From: Candidatus Didemnitutus sp.
GTDB taxonomy: Bacteria; Verrucomicrobiota; Verrucomicrobiia; Opitutales; Opitutaceae
Assembly: GCA_019634575.1 (NCBI GenBank)
Contig: JAHCAY010000002.1
Span: 294,897 to 358,896 of the forward strand
Reading direction: 5' to 3'
Length of the DNA stretch: 64,000 nucleotides
This document shows, one piece after another, positions 29,963 to 39,582 of the stretch (the first letter of the stretch is position 1; each line of letters begins with the position of its first letter). The position numbers and the translations under genes are program-made. The notes under the pieces were generated by a model that worked only from the letters and a program-made list of their open reading frames with translations, was not told where the DNA came from and made no database searches.

Positions 29963-30017
29963 GGCGAGACCGAGCAAACCCGAGTCGCGCCCCGCCGCAA
30001 GCCGCGACCGCCGCCGC

Positions 30018-30710
30018 TCAGTCCGCCTCACCGCCGGCGTCGACGAGCCGATAGCCGCCGGGCACCGTGCGGATCCAGCGCGGGTCACCGGAGTCGTCGC
30101 CGATCTTCTGGCGCAGCCGCCAGACATGCGTGTCGACCGTGCGGGTCGCCGCCGTGGACGAGTAGCCCCACACCTTCTTCAACAACTCATCGCGCAGCAC
30201 CGCGCAACCGCGGCTGGCCCCCAGCTGCTCGAGCAACTTGAACTCGATCTGGGTCAGCGCGAGCGGTTGGCCGTCCTTCTCCGCGGTGCGGGCCGCCAGG
30301 TCGATCCGCACGGCGCCGAGTTGGAGCACTTCCTGTTGCTTGGTCCCGCGCGCCCGGCGCAGCACGGCGTTCACCCGCGCGAGCAGTTCGCGAAATGCGC
30401 ACGGCTTGCTCACGAAATCGTCCGCCCCGCTGCTCAGCGCGCGCACGATCTCGTCGGTGCCGTCGGCACCGGTCAGCATGATGATGCCACCGCGAAAACC
30501 GCGGTCGCGCAGTTCCTGGAGCGTGCGCCAGCCGTTCTGCCGCGGCATATCGATGTCGAGCAGCACGAGATCGGGCGCCGCGCGCTCGACCGCGGCGACG
30601 CCTTGCTGGCCGTCCGCCGCCTCCGCCACCGTGTAGCCGGCGCGGCGCAGCACCTCGGCCGTCGTGTCGCGGAGCACCGCGTCGTCGTCGATGAGAAGCA
30701 GGGAATTCAA
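30018..30710 (-). CDS. OmpR/PhoB family response regulator (no adjacent cognate kinase)
   Basis: TTG start; LLIDDD, LLDIDMP, GADDFVSKP; winged-helix tail RTVDTHVWRLRQK...IRTVPGGYRL. Confidence 0.92.
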   Translation of the reverse strand: MNSLLLIDDDAVLRDTTAEVLRRAGYTVAEAADGQQGVAAVERAAPDLVLLDIDMPRQNGWRTLQELRDRGFRGGIIMLTGADGTDEIVRALSSGADDFVSKPCAFRELLARVNAVLRRARGTKQQEVLQLGAVRIDLAARTAEKDGQPLALTQIEFKLLEQLGASRGCAVLRDELLKKVWGYSSTAATRTVDTHVWRLRQKIGDDSGDPRWIRTVPGGYRLVDAGGEAD

Positions 30711-30768
30711 GGCTGACCCGATCGTTTAGGGATGAGCATCGTCGCGGGCCCACGCGAGTTGAGAGCTT

Positions 30769-30785
30769 TGTGACAAGCTCGTGAC
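30769..30785. promoter_or_regulatory. Putative OmpR/PhoB-type tandem box 1
   Basis: TGTGAC-aagct-CGTGAC (11-bp period), about 60 nt upstream of the response regulator. Confidence 0.45.
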
Positions 30786-31233
30786 ACAGGATGTCCGCGA
30801 ACGGGCCGCTATTTCGAGTAGATTTTAACGCCCGTCTCGCGCGTGCGTCACCCTGCCCATCCTGTCGCCATGTATTCCGGCCTTATCGCCCTCGCTCGCT
30901 GCGTCCTCCCGGACGCCACGCCGGCCGTGGCCCGAAACACCGGACGCGGGACGGTCTCACTTTCCACTCGCGCCGAAGGAGCGCCGCGCGCGGGCATGTT
31001 GCACGGCGGGGCGCGAGTGTCGTCCGCCACCGCGCTGGCGGGCTCCCTTTCGCTTCCGGGCGCCGCGACGGCCCCGGTTCATTTTGCCTGACAGGGGCAA
31101 TGCAGCATCCGGTCGTCGGGGGACACCGGATGCTGCCCTCCTGTCGGGGCACCCGCCCACCGCCGCCTGATCGCGCGAGCCTCGCGCGAGGATCTCGGAC
31201 AAAGCCCTACCGAGAGCGGGGATATTTCCCGCT

Positions 31234-31250
31234 TGTGACCATTCTGTGAC
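31234..31250. promoter_or_regulatory. Putative OmpR/PhoB-type tandem box 2
   Basis: TGTGAC-cattc-TGTGAC (11-bp period), 70 nt upstream of the second MCP. Confidence 0.5.
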
Positions 31251-31319
31251 ATGAGCGCGCCCGCTCACGGCACGATATTCACACAGCGGACCTAGCGACC
31301 AGCCCCACCCCACTGCCCC

Positions 31320-32972
31320 ATGAAACTCGGAACCAAGATCGTTCTCGCGAGCATCATCGCCATTCTCCTCACCGTCGGTAGCGCGCTGCTCGTCCAGCGC
31401 AACATCATCCAAAAACAGGGCGTCGCGCTGACGCTCGACACCATGCGGGCCGCCGTCGTCGAAGCCGAGAACGTCCGCGAAAGCATCTCCAAACTCGGCG
31501 AAGGCGGCGCCTTCGATCGCCCCAAACTCCTCGCCGAATACAAAGCCACGGGCGACCTCCGTGGCTCCACCCTCTATCGCACCATCCCGGTGGTCGCCGC
31601 GTGGGAAGCCATCGCCAAGGCCGCCAACCAGGCTGGCTACGAATTCCGCGTGCCGAAGAACGGCGCGCGCAACCCGAAGAACAACCCGACGCCGGCCGAG
31701 GCCGAGATCCTCCGCCAGCTCGAGAGCGGCACGCTGAACGAATTCGTCCGCGTCGACCGCGCCGCCAACGAGATCGTCTACGCCCGCCCGATCAAACTCA
31801 CGCAAGACTGCCTCACCTGCCACGGCGATCCCGCCAAGAGCGCCAGTGGCGACGGCAAGGACTTCCTCGGCTTCCGCATGGAAAATTGGAAAGCCGGCGA
31901 AGTGCACGGTGCCTTCGTGCTCAAAACCGATTTCACCCACGTCGACGAAGTCGTCCGCGCCGGCATGCTCCACAGCCTCGCCTGGGTGCTGCCGATCACC
32001 GCCCTCATGGGCCTCGGCTTCTACATCCTCAATCGCCGCCTCGTCGTGGCGCCACTCACCGCCTCGATCACCAGCATCCGCGACGCGTCCACCCAGACCA
32101 ACGCCGCCGCCCACCAGATCTCCGGCGCCAGCACCGGCCTCGCTGAAGGCGCCAGCGTCCAGGCCGCCTCCCTCGAGGAAACCTCCGCGTCACTCGAAGA
32201 AATGTCCTCGATGACCAAGCGCAACGCCGACCACGCCAGCGCCGCCCGCGCTACCGCCGGCACTGCCCGGCACGCCGCCGACGCCGGACACGAACGCATG
32301 CAGCAGATGCAGGGCGCCATGCACTCCATCGAACACGCCACTCAGGACATCACCAAGATCCTGAAGACGATCGACGAAATCGCCTTCCAGACGAACATCC
32401 TCGCACTCAACGCCGCCGTCGAAGCCGCCCGCGCCGGCGAAGCGGGCGCCGGTTTCGCCGTCGTCGCCGAGGAAGTCCGCGCCCTCGCCCAGCGCTGCGC
32501 CACCGCTGCCAAGGAAACCGCCGCGAAAATCGACGACTGCGTGCAAAAGAGCCAGCACGGCGTGCAAATCAGCACCGACGTCGCCGGCAGCTTCGATGAA
32601 ATCCAGAAGCAGGTGCGCGAGCTCGAAACCCTGATTACCGAGATCGCCAACGCCTCAGGCGAACAAGACACCGGCATTCACCAACTGAACCAAGCGGTGT
32701 CCGACATGGACCGCGTCACCCAAGGCAACGCCGCCCACGCCGAAGAGACCGCCGCCGCCGCCGCCGAGCTCGATTCTCAGACTCAGGCCCTCGATCGGGC
32801 CATTGCGGACCTCCGCCGCATCATCGGCGGCGACCTCGCGGCCCCCACCCTCACGTCCGCCGCCCCGCTCTCAAGCGCCCTCAAGCCAGCCGCAAAAGCC
32901 GCCCACGCTTCACGGCCGGCCGTCCCCGCTCCGCGCGCCAAGGCTCCGGCACCCGAGGGACACTTCGTCTAA
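31320..32972 (+). CDS. Methyl-accepting chemotaxis protein with c-type heme (Tll0287/DUF3365-like) sensor domain
   Basis: [31 protein letters not shown] (CxxCH), GEVHGAF; MCP hairpin [21 protein letters not shown]. Confidence 0.93.
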   Translation: MKLGTKIVLASIIAILLTVGSALLVQRNIIQKQGVALTLDTMRAAVVEAENVRESISKLGEGGAFDRPKLLAEYKATGDLRGSTLYRTIPVVAAWEAIAKAANQAGYEFRVPKNGARNPKNNPTPAEAEILRQLESGTLNEFVRVDRAANEIVYARPIKLTQDCLTCHGDPAKSASGDGKDFLGFRMENWKAGEVHGAFVLKTDFTHVDEVVRAGMLHSLAWVLPITALMGLGFYILNRRLVVAPLTASITSIRDASTQTNAAAHQISGASTGLAEGASVQAASLEETSASLEEMSSMTKRNADHASAARATAGTARHAADAGHERMQQMQGAMHSIEHATQDITKILKTIDEIAFQTNILALNAAVEAARAGEAGAGFAVVAEEVRALAQRCATAAKETAAKIDDCVQKSQHGVQISTDVAGSFDEIQKQVRELETLITEIANASGEQDTGIHQLNQAVSDMDRVTQGNAAHAEETAAAAAELDSQTQALDRAIADLRRIIGGDLAAPTLTSAAPLSSALKPAAKAAHASRPAVPAPRAKAPAPEGHFV

Positions 32973-32997
32973 CCGACCACGCCGCGCTAGAATCCCC

Positions 32998-33024
32998 TAA
33001 ACTCCCTCGGAGTTTTGCCGATGC
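32998..33024 (+). promoter_or_regulatory. Sigma28-like promoter
   Basis: TAAA-N15-GCCGATGC, 15 nt before ATG 33040. Confidence 0.65.
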
Positions 33025-33039
33025 AAAGGCCGGCCCATC

Positions 33040-33258
33040 ATGCAAGAACCCGCCGCCACTTCAGCCGCTCCTTCGCCGGCCCCCTCTCCGTTCGATGAAG
33101 AGGAAGTCGTCGCGATGAGCGCTTCGCACATCGTGATCCACGCTCCGAAAGGCCGCTACATTACGATCATGTGCCCGGTGGGTTTCTCGCCCGGCAGCGT
33201 CGAAGGCATCGGCCTCGACAAGCCCCTCTTCGCGCGCGTCCGCTACCTGGCCTGCTGA
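33040..33258 (+). CDS. Small hypothetical protein (72 aa), paralogue of 28848..29030
   Basis: [10 protein letters not shown]...KPLFARVRY; has its own sigma28-like promoter. Confidence 0.75.
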   Translation: MQEPAATSAAPSPAPSPFDEEEVVAMSASHIVIHAPKGRYITIMCPVGFSPGSVEGIGLDKPLFARVRYLAC

Positions 33259-33457
33259 GTTCCGGCCCGAGCGCCGCTTCCCGTCTCGTCACACCGTCGC
33301 TCGCCCGCGGCTACCCGCGAGACCCTGCCCGACACTGACGGCTTGCCACGCCGCCGTGCGGGCCCTCTGTAGATTGCGCGACGTCCACGCGCGCCCATCC
33401 GGCGCTCGCCGCGGCCGTCGTTCGATCCCTGTCCTCCGTTTTCCGTCCTCCGAAAAA

Positions 33458-35308
33458 ATGGCGTCCAACTACACCGAAGCCAGCATCAAGACCCTCAGCT
33501 CCCTCGAGCACATCCGCCTCCGCCCCGGCATGTATATCGGCCGGCTCGGCAACGGCACGCACGCCGAGGACGGCATCTACGTCCTGCTCAAGGAAACGAT
33601 CGATAACTCGATCGACGAGTTCACCATGGGCGCCGGCCGGAAGATCGAAGTCGAGATCGACGAGGAGCGCCGCCACATCCGCGTGCGCGACTACGGCCGC
33701 GGCATCCCGCTCGGCAAACTCGTGGACTGCGTCTCCATCATCAACACCGGCGCGAAATACGATTCCGAGACTTTCCAAAAAGCCGTCGGCCTCAACGGCG
33801 TCGGCCAGAAGGCCGTCAACGCCCTCGCGCTCAGCTACCGCGCCCAGGCCTTCCGCGACGGCGAGACCAAGGTCGTCGAATTCGAGAAGGGCAAACTCAA
33901 GTCGCAGTCCAAGGTCACGAAGTCCGACGAGCGCAACGGCACGCTGATCGAGTTCACGCCCGACGCGCAGCTCTTCGGCGCCGACTTCCGCTTCCGCCTC
34001 GAGTTCATCGAGGACATGCTCTGGAACTACGCCTTCCTCAACCGCGGCCTCACGCTCACGCTGAACGGCAAACCGTTCCGCTCGGAGAACGGCCTGAAGG
34101 ATCTGCTCACCAAGGAACTCTCCGGCGAGCCGCTCTACCCGATCATCCACCTCGAAGGCGAAGACATCGAAGTCGCCTTCACGCACGGCAACCACTACGG
34201 CGAAGAGTATTGGTCCTTCGTCAACGGCCAGCACACCACGATGGGCGGCACGCACCTCGCCGCCTTCCGCGAGGCGCTCGTCGAGACCCTCCGCAATCAC
34301 TTCAAGAAGGACTTCGACGCCGCCGACATCCGCCAGTCGATCGACGCCGCCGTCGCCGTCCGCGTGCAGGAACCCGTCTTCGAATCGCAGACGAAAACCA
34401 AACTCGGTTCGACCGACATGGGCCCGAAAGGCCCGACCCTGAAGGAATTCGTCGGCAAGTTCATGCAGCAGTCGCTCGACGTCTACCTGCACAAGAACCG
34501 CGAGGTCGCCGAAACCATCAAGCGCAAGATCGAGGAGAACGAGCACGAGCGCAAAGAACTCGCCGGCATTCGCAACATCGCCCGCGAACGCGCCAAGAAG
34601 GCCTCGCTCCACAACCGCAAGCTCCGCGACTGCCGCCTCCACCTCGGCGACCGCAACGAGCGCGCCGAGCAGAGCACGCTCTTCATCGTCGAAGGCGACT
34701 CCGCCGCCGGCTCGCTCACCTCCTGCCGCGACGTGCAGACGCAGGCCGTGTTCGCCCTGAAGGGCAAACCGCTCAACACCTACGGCCTCTCGAAGAAAGT
34801 CATCTACGAGAACGAGGAGTTTCACCTCCTGCAGTCCGCGCTGAACATCGAGGAAGGCATGGACGGCCTGCGCTACAACCGCATCGTCATCGCCACCGAC
34901 GCCGACGTCGACGGCATGCACATCCGCCTGCTGCTGATCTCGTTTTTCCTCCAGTTCTTCCCCGACCTCATCCGCAACGGCCACCTCTTCATCCTCGAGA
35001 CGCCGCTCTTCCGCGTCCGCAACAAGCGCAAGACGATCTACTGCTACGACGAGCGCGAGAAGCAGTCCGCCATCGCCGAACTCGGCGCCAGCCACGAGAT
35101 CACGCGCTTCAAAGGCCTCGGCGAAATCTCCTCGGGCGAGTTCAAGGACTTCATCGGCGAGAACATCCGCCTCGAACCGGTGAACCTGAACCACCTCTAC
35201 AGCTCCGAGGAACTCCTCGCCTTCTTCATGGGCAAGAACACGCCCGAGCGGCAGGACTTTATCATCGACAACCTCCGCGTGGAAAAGGACCTCGTCGAGA
35301 CGGCCTGA
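33458..35308 (+). CDS. parE: DNA topoisomerase IV subunit B (GyrB/ParE family)
   Basis: [47 protein letters not shown] region, [20 protein letters not shown]; short C-terminus. Confidence 0.92.
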   Translation: MASNYTEASIKTLSSLEHIRLRPGMYIGRLGNGTHAEDGIYVLLKETIDNSIDEFTMGAGRKIEVEIDEERRHIRVRDYGRGIPLGKLVDCVSIINTGAKYDSETFQKAVGLNGVGQKAVNALALSYRAQAFRDGETKVVEFEKGKLKSQSKVTKSDERNGTLIEFTPDAQLFGADFRFRLEFIEDMLWNYAFLNRGLTLTLNGKPFRSENGLKDLLTKELSGEPLYPIIHLEGEDIEVAFTHGNHYGEEYWSFVNGQHTTMGGTHLAAFREALVETLRNHFKKDFDAADIRQSIDAAVAVRVQEPVFESQTKTKLGSTDMGPKGPTLKEFVGKFMQQSLDVYLHKNREVAETIKRKIEENEHERKELAGIRNIARERAKKASLHNRKLRDCRLHLGDRNERAEQSTLFIVEGDSAAGSLTSCRDVQTQAVFALKGKPLNTYGLSKKVIYENEEFHLLQSALNIEEGMDGLRYNRIVIATDADVDGMHIRLLLISFFLQFFPDLIRNGHLFILETPLFRVRNKRKTIYCYDEREKQSAIAELGASHEITRFKGLGEISSGEFKDFIGENIRLEPVNLNHLYSSEELLAFFMGKNTPERQDFIIDNLRVEKDLVETA

Positions 35309-35428
35309 CGCCCGCATCGCACGCCGGTTGCCCCATCGCCTCGTCACCGCCACGAGTCGCAACCGGGGACGATTGATCGCCCACGCTGCGCTTGCCGGCC
35401 GGGCCGCGTGGCGATTTTCTGTCCCTGC

Positions 35429-36658
35429 GTGCTTCTTGATCGCACCGATCTTCGTCACGTCCTCGCACTCGCGGCTTCACTGCTCCTCGCGGGTTGCGCC
35501 ACGCCACCGACCGCGTATCGCGAACCTGACACACGAGGCGGCACCGACTGCTCGGCGGCTAACCTCGCCGTCTTCGACCGCGTCTGGTCGCTCGTGAACG
35601 ACAAGTATTTCGACGCCGCACTCCATGGCGTCGACTGGCCATCCCTGCGCAGCCGTTACCGTCCCGAAGCCGCCGCCGCCCGAGACGAGAAGGAACTCTA
35701 CGGCATCCTCAACCGCATGGCTGCCGAATTGCACGACCGCCATGTTTGCGCGATTTCGCCGCGACAGGTTCATGAGCAGCGCCAACACCACGCGATTGGC
35801 TTCGGATTCCGCGAGCGCACATTGGCCGCCAGTCGGACAGTGACGGAGGTCCTCCGCGGAAGTCCGGCCGAAGCCGCCGGCATACGCGTCGGCTGGCGTA
35901 TTCTCGCACCGAACCCCATCGAGCTCGACTCCCTGCGCTACTCGGAACAAGCCATCCACCTTTCGTTTCTCGATGAACACGACCAACCACGCGCGCTGAC
36001 CCTTTCGCCGACGCTCCTGCCCCTGGACGATGTGCGCACCGACGCACGACTCGTCGCCGACGGCGTTCTCTACCTGCGCTTCGACGAGTTCACCCCTGAG
36101 TCGGTTTCGTGGCTCGGCCGCGAACTGCAGCACCACCTCGCGGTTCCCGCGGTGATCATCGATCTGCGTGAAAACACCGGCGGCGCATCGATCTCGCTCC
36201 AGCGGGCGGCGCGCCTCTTCTTCGCGGAAGGGCGGCGTTTGGGCGAGGTAATCGACCGCTCAGGAAAACCCCAGCCGCTCGATACGCTGCCGACCTTTTC
36301 CGCGCCCTACTCGGGGAAAGTGGTTGTCCTCGTCGGCGAAACGACGGCCAGCTCCGCGGAGATTTTCGCTCGGGCACTGCAATGGCATCGTCGCGCGACC
36401 CTGATTGGTCAGCGCACCGCCGGCTCGGTCGTCGAGGCGTTCACGCACCGCCTGCCCGATGGCGGCCACCTGAAAGTGTCCGAGCGAGACTTCGTCGACC
36501 CGGCCAGCCAGCGCCTCGAAAGCCACGGCGTCGCACCCGATGTCACCGCACCCTGTCTGACGCTCGCCGATATCTGCGCTGGACGCGATCTCGCTCTGGA
36601 AACTGCGCTGCGACTATTGCCGGGGATCGGTTCGACGCCCGGCGTCCAAACACGCTGA
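35429..36658 (+). CDS. S41 family (tail-specific/CtpA-like) peptidase, lipoprotein
   Basis: Lipobox LAGC; PDZ-like VLRGSPAEAAGIRVG; IIDLRENTGG; TTASSAEIF; GQRTAG; HGVAPD. Atypical codons. Start may be 35408. Confidence 0.88.
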   Translation: MLLDRTDLRHVLALAASLLLAGCATPPTAYREPDTRGGTDCSAANLAVFDRVWSLVNDKYFDAALHGVDWPSLRSRYRPEAAAARDEKELYGILNRMAAELHDRHVCAISPRQVHEQRQHHAIGFGFRERTLAASRTVTEVLRGSPAEAAGIRVGWRILAPNPIELDSLRYSEQAIHLSFLDEHDQPRALTLSPTLLPLDDVRTDARLVADGVLYLRFDEFTPESVSWLGRELQHHLAVPAVIIDLRENTGGASISLQRAARLFFAEGRRLGEVIDRSGKPQPLDTLPTFSAPYSGKVVVLVGETTASSAEIFARALQWHRRATLIGQRTAGSVVEAFTHRLPDGGHLKVSERDFVDPASQRLESHGVAPDVTAPCLTLADICAGRDLALETALRLLPGIGSTPGVQTR

Positions 36659-36774
36659 CGCATTCACTTGATCGCGACGCTTGATTGGGACCGGAGTTCA
36701 TCCCCACGCCACGGTGAACGCTCCTCGCTTCTTCGCCGTCGAGCGTCGCGCGTCGCAAAGAGAGCTGCGCTTGC

Positions 36775-36996
36775 TCAGCGATTGTTGCGGATGCTGGTGG
36801 TCGTGGTGATCCGATCGCGGTCGCCGGGTTCGATGTTCTCGTCCTCGATGTATTCGCTCTTGGCCTGCGCGATGAGGCTCCGGTTGAGGCTGTCGTTCGG
36901 AAACGGATATTCGTATTTGCGCGCGGTGTAGTAGCCGCCGGCAGCGGTCGTGCAGCTGCAGCGAATGACGAGATGGCGTCCACCGTGTTTGGCCAT
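36775..36996 (-). CDS. Small hypothetical protein (73 aa), last gene of the DUF2589 operon
   Basis: Co-oriented, host-like codons, 54 nt after the upstream stop. Confidence 0.7.
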   Translation of the reverse strand: MAKHGGRHLVIRCSCTTAAGGYYTARKYEYPFPNDSLNRSLIAQAKSEYIEDENIEPGDRDRITTTTSIRNNR

Positions 36997-37050
36997 GGCT
37001 GGAGGGGGTCGAGGGTTGAGGACGAAAAGAAGGGTGTGGTCGCAGCGAGT

Positions 37051-37638
37051 CTACGCCGCGCCGGGAGAGACCTCCGCGCCCTCGTCGATCCGGCTCAGGA
37101 CGCGATCGAGCAGGTAGCAGCGGTCGGTTTGCGAAAGCGAAGCGCTCATGTAGATGGCGAGCGGGCGCGTCGCGGAGAATTGCCGGAGGAGTTCCCAAAT
37201 GCGCAGCAGCGACGCCTGATGCTCGGTGGTGCGCGGCGGCATGCCGTTCTGGACCACAAAGGCCGTCAGACCTTCGCACAATTTCTCCTCGAAGAATTTC
37301 AACCGCTCCTCGGCGGCGGTCACGCGCTGCCGCAACACTTCCTCCGCCCGCGTCAACGCCTCGGCGGCCGCCGCCTGCTGCGCCCGGCGCATGGCCGCGC
37401 GGGAGGGGTGCCCGTCCTCGGCCGGCAGCGCATCCGCCGCGCGCAGGATGCGTCCGCGCAGCGCCGACATCTCCGCGCCTTCCGGCAGGCGGAGCGTGCC
37501 CATCGCCTTCTCCGCCTCGTCGAGCCACTTCAACGCCTCACTCGGGAACGTCGGCTCGCCACGCTGATATTTGTCCATCAGCGGACGCAGCGTGGCGAGA
37601 CGCTCGCCCAGTTTTTCCTGCTGCACGCAGAGGATCAT
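37051..37638 (-). CDS. Helical hypothetical protein (195 aa)
   Basis: Starts 4 nt after the upstream stop; host-like codons; no recognised motif. Confidence 0.8.
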   Translation of the reverse strand: MILCVQQEKLGERLATLRPLMDKYQRGEPTFPSEALKWLDEAEKAMGTLRLPEGAEMSALRGRILRAADALPAEDGHPSRAAMRRAQQAAAAEALTRAEEVLRQRVTAAEERLKFFEEKLCEGLTAFVVQNGMPPRTTEHQASLLRIWELLRQFSATRPLAIYMSASLSQTDRCYLLDRVLSRIDEGAEVSPGAA

Positions 37639-37642
37639 GGCG

Positions 37643-38560
37643 TCACTCGGGTCCGAGCGTCGTCGTCTCCTTGCCGTCCTGCGACCCGGTCATCCATTCG
37701 AGTCCTTCTTCGTGCAGGAGGAGATTGAGCCGGGTGACGGCATCGGGTCCACCGCCGGTGTTCTTGATGTCGTCGGTGTTGACCGACACCTCGAAATCCG
37801 GGGCGACGGTCGGCTTGAGCACGGCGGCCTGCTGGGCGGCGAGACGGAGGTTGTCGATCAGCTTCTTCACCAGTTCGTGATTCAACACCTCGTCGGCAAA
37901 CTTCCGCGCGCGCCCTTCGTCGAAGTCGTCTCCGGCTTTCTCATTCGGGGCCAGTCGTCCGCGCTCCTGATCCAAGCGGTCATGCAGGTAGCGCAGGCAA
38001 ACCTCCTCGATCAATCCGCGCACCACCCGCTCCGTGGTGGCGGCCACGGCGTCGCGGATCGCCGCGTCGGCCGGCGCGCCGCCCGCCTCGGACAGGGAAA
38101 GGCCGTTGAGCGTCTGCTGGATCTCGCCGTCGAGCGATTCGCGCAGCAGCGCCGGCGCGTTGGCCGACATCACGGACGGGATCAGGCGCTCGAACCGGCC
38201 CTGCCATTTCCGCTCCTCGGGTGAGAGGTTTTTCAGCTGCCGCTGGTCCCGCAGCGATTCGCTCGCCCAACTGAGCGCTTGCTGAAAGGCGTCGCCGGCG
38301 ATCCGCGCGATTTCCTTCGGTGTGTTCGCCACGGCGGCGTTGCCAGGAATCGTGGAGGTGAGAATCACCGGCAGGCTGATGCTGACGTTGCGGATGCGCA
38401 GGCGCGGCACGGAGAGGCCCTTCAGCAGCTCGTGTTGCCGGTAGCGGTGGGCGATGCGCAGGGCCTCGGCGTCGGCCACGCTGCGGGCGTGCGCGATGCT
38501 GGCCACGAGTCCACCGATGACTTCGGAGAGTTTGGTGGCGGGGGGGATTTTTTCGGCCAT
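37643..38560 (-). CDS. Hypothetical protein with DUF2589-like N-terminus (305 aa)
   Basis: LSEVIGGLVASIAHARSVAD...LLKGLSVPRLRIRNVSISL echoes the LIGGPL.A...AQ / VP...I pattern of the neighbouring genes. Confidence 0.75.
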   Translation of the reverse strand: MAEKIPPATKLSEVIGGLVASIAHARSVADAEALRIAHRYRQHELLKGLSVPRLRIRNVSISLPVILTSTIPGNAAVANTPKEIARIAGDAFQQALSWASESLRDQRQLKNLSPEERKWQGRFERLIPSVMSANAPALLRESLDGEIQQTLNGLSLSEAGGAPADAAIRDAVAATTERVVRGLIEEVCLRYLHDRLDQERGRLAPNEKAGDDFDEGRARKFADEVLNHELVKKLIDNLRLAAQQAAVLKPTVAPDFEVSVNTDDIKNTGGGPDAVTRLNLLLHEEGLEWMTGSQDGKETTTLGPE

Positions 38561-38688
38561 GGGAAATGCGGGATGAACATCGTCCGCGGCGCCCGGCGCG
38601 GCTCAGCGGCGTCCGGCAACGTCGCGCCCGCCACCGTGACCAGTGGCGGGCGGAGCGCTCGCGGGAAACGCAGACTCTCGTCTCGGCG

Positions 38689-39543
38689 TCACGTCGTGTA
38701 GCGCACCTCGACGGTGGTGCCGACGAGCGAGTCGGGCACCTCCTTGTCGAGCGTGACGCTGAGCCGGCGCGTGGCGTTCTGCGTGTCGGGCGTGAGCGTG
38801 GCACCGGACGGGATGCTGGCCGTCACTTCGGCCTTGGGCGTCTGCGTCGAGGCCGGATCGGGCCACTTCGCGAGGGGCAGCGCGGTCGCGCCGGCCTTGG
38901 CGATCGCGTTCTTCAGGTCCTGCACGTCCTCCATCTCGAGCGTGACGATGGCTTTGTTCTGGGCGTCCTTGCTCACGATCGTGATCGGCACGACCAAGCT
39001 GCCTTTCGACTCGCGCAGCGACTGCTCGAGAATCGTGAGGAGGCGCTCGGTGCCGGCGGGGATGTCCTGGTTTTTCGCGCGCACGAGGATCTTCATGTCG
39101 AAGGTCCGTTCCTCCTTGTCGGAGCGGCTGGTGTTCTTGGCGGTGGACGCCTTGCCGGAGACGCTGACCGACGCGAACCAGAACTTCGCGCTGGCGCTGA
39201 AGGAGCCGGAGGTGGCGGTATTCTCCTCGCTCTTGCTCTCGGTGGTGGAGGTGATCTTCGCGTTGAACTCCACGAGGGCGTCACTGACGGTGAGGTAAGG
39301 CACGGGCACCATCGCGAGGAAGGGCACGGTGAGGCTGAAGCGGCGCGTGCCGCCGTCGTCGTCGCGGCGCGTATAGGCGAACTCGGCGTTCACCACCTTG
39401 CCGTTGCGATCGCAGCCGACCTCCTTGATGAAGTTGGTCGTGGCGATGGCCGACTTGGCCTGCGCGCGGATGATGGCGTCGAGGGGGCCACCGATGAGGT
39501 TCGCAAAATCGAGACTGGCGATCTCGTTACCGGAAACGGGCAT
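38689..39543 (-). CDS. DUF2589 family protein with C-terminal extension (284 aa)
   Basis: SLDFANLIGGPLDAIIRAQAKSA..T.NFIKEVG; LTVPFLAMVPVPYL; FDMKILVRA..QDIPAGTERLL.IL. Confidence 0.85.
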   Translation of the reverse strand: MPVSGNEIASLDFANLIGGPLDAIIRAQAKSAIATTNFIKEVGCDRNGKVVNAEFAYTRRDDDGGTRRFSLTVPFLAMVPVPYLTVSDALVEFNAKITSTTESKSEENTATSGSFSASAKFWFASVSVSGKASTAKNTSRSDKEERTFDMKILVRAKNQDIPAGTERLLTILEQSLRESKGSLVVPITIVSKDAQNKAIVTLEMEDVQDLKNAIAKAGATALPLAKWPDPASTQTPKAEVTASIPSGATLTPDTQNATRRLSVTLDKEVPDSLVGTTVEVRYTT

Positions 39544-39582
39544 GGCTGGATCTCCTGTAACTCAGGTTGAAGGGGGGCCGGT

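Noticed and set aside
31090-31145. 12-bp perfect hairpin with extended stem in the regulator-MCP intergenic region, considered as a c-di-GMP riboswitch
   Set aside because: Lacks the GCAAA/GAAA/GACGCAAA elements and has no U-tract; kept only as an unexplained hairpin.
31268-31282. Sigma54-like site CGGCACGATATTCAC upstream of MCP2
   Set aside because: The -24 GG is present but the -12 TTGC is not.
27950-32760. Long near-identical nucleotide stretches shared by the two MCP genes
   Set aside because: Explained by conservation of the MCP signalling domain in paralogues; not a mobile repeat.
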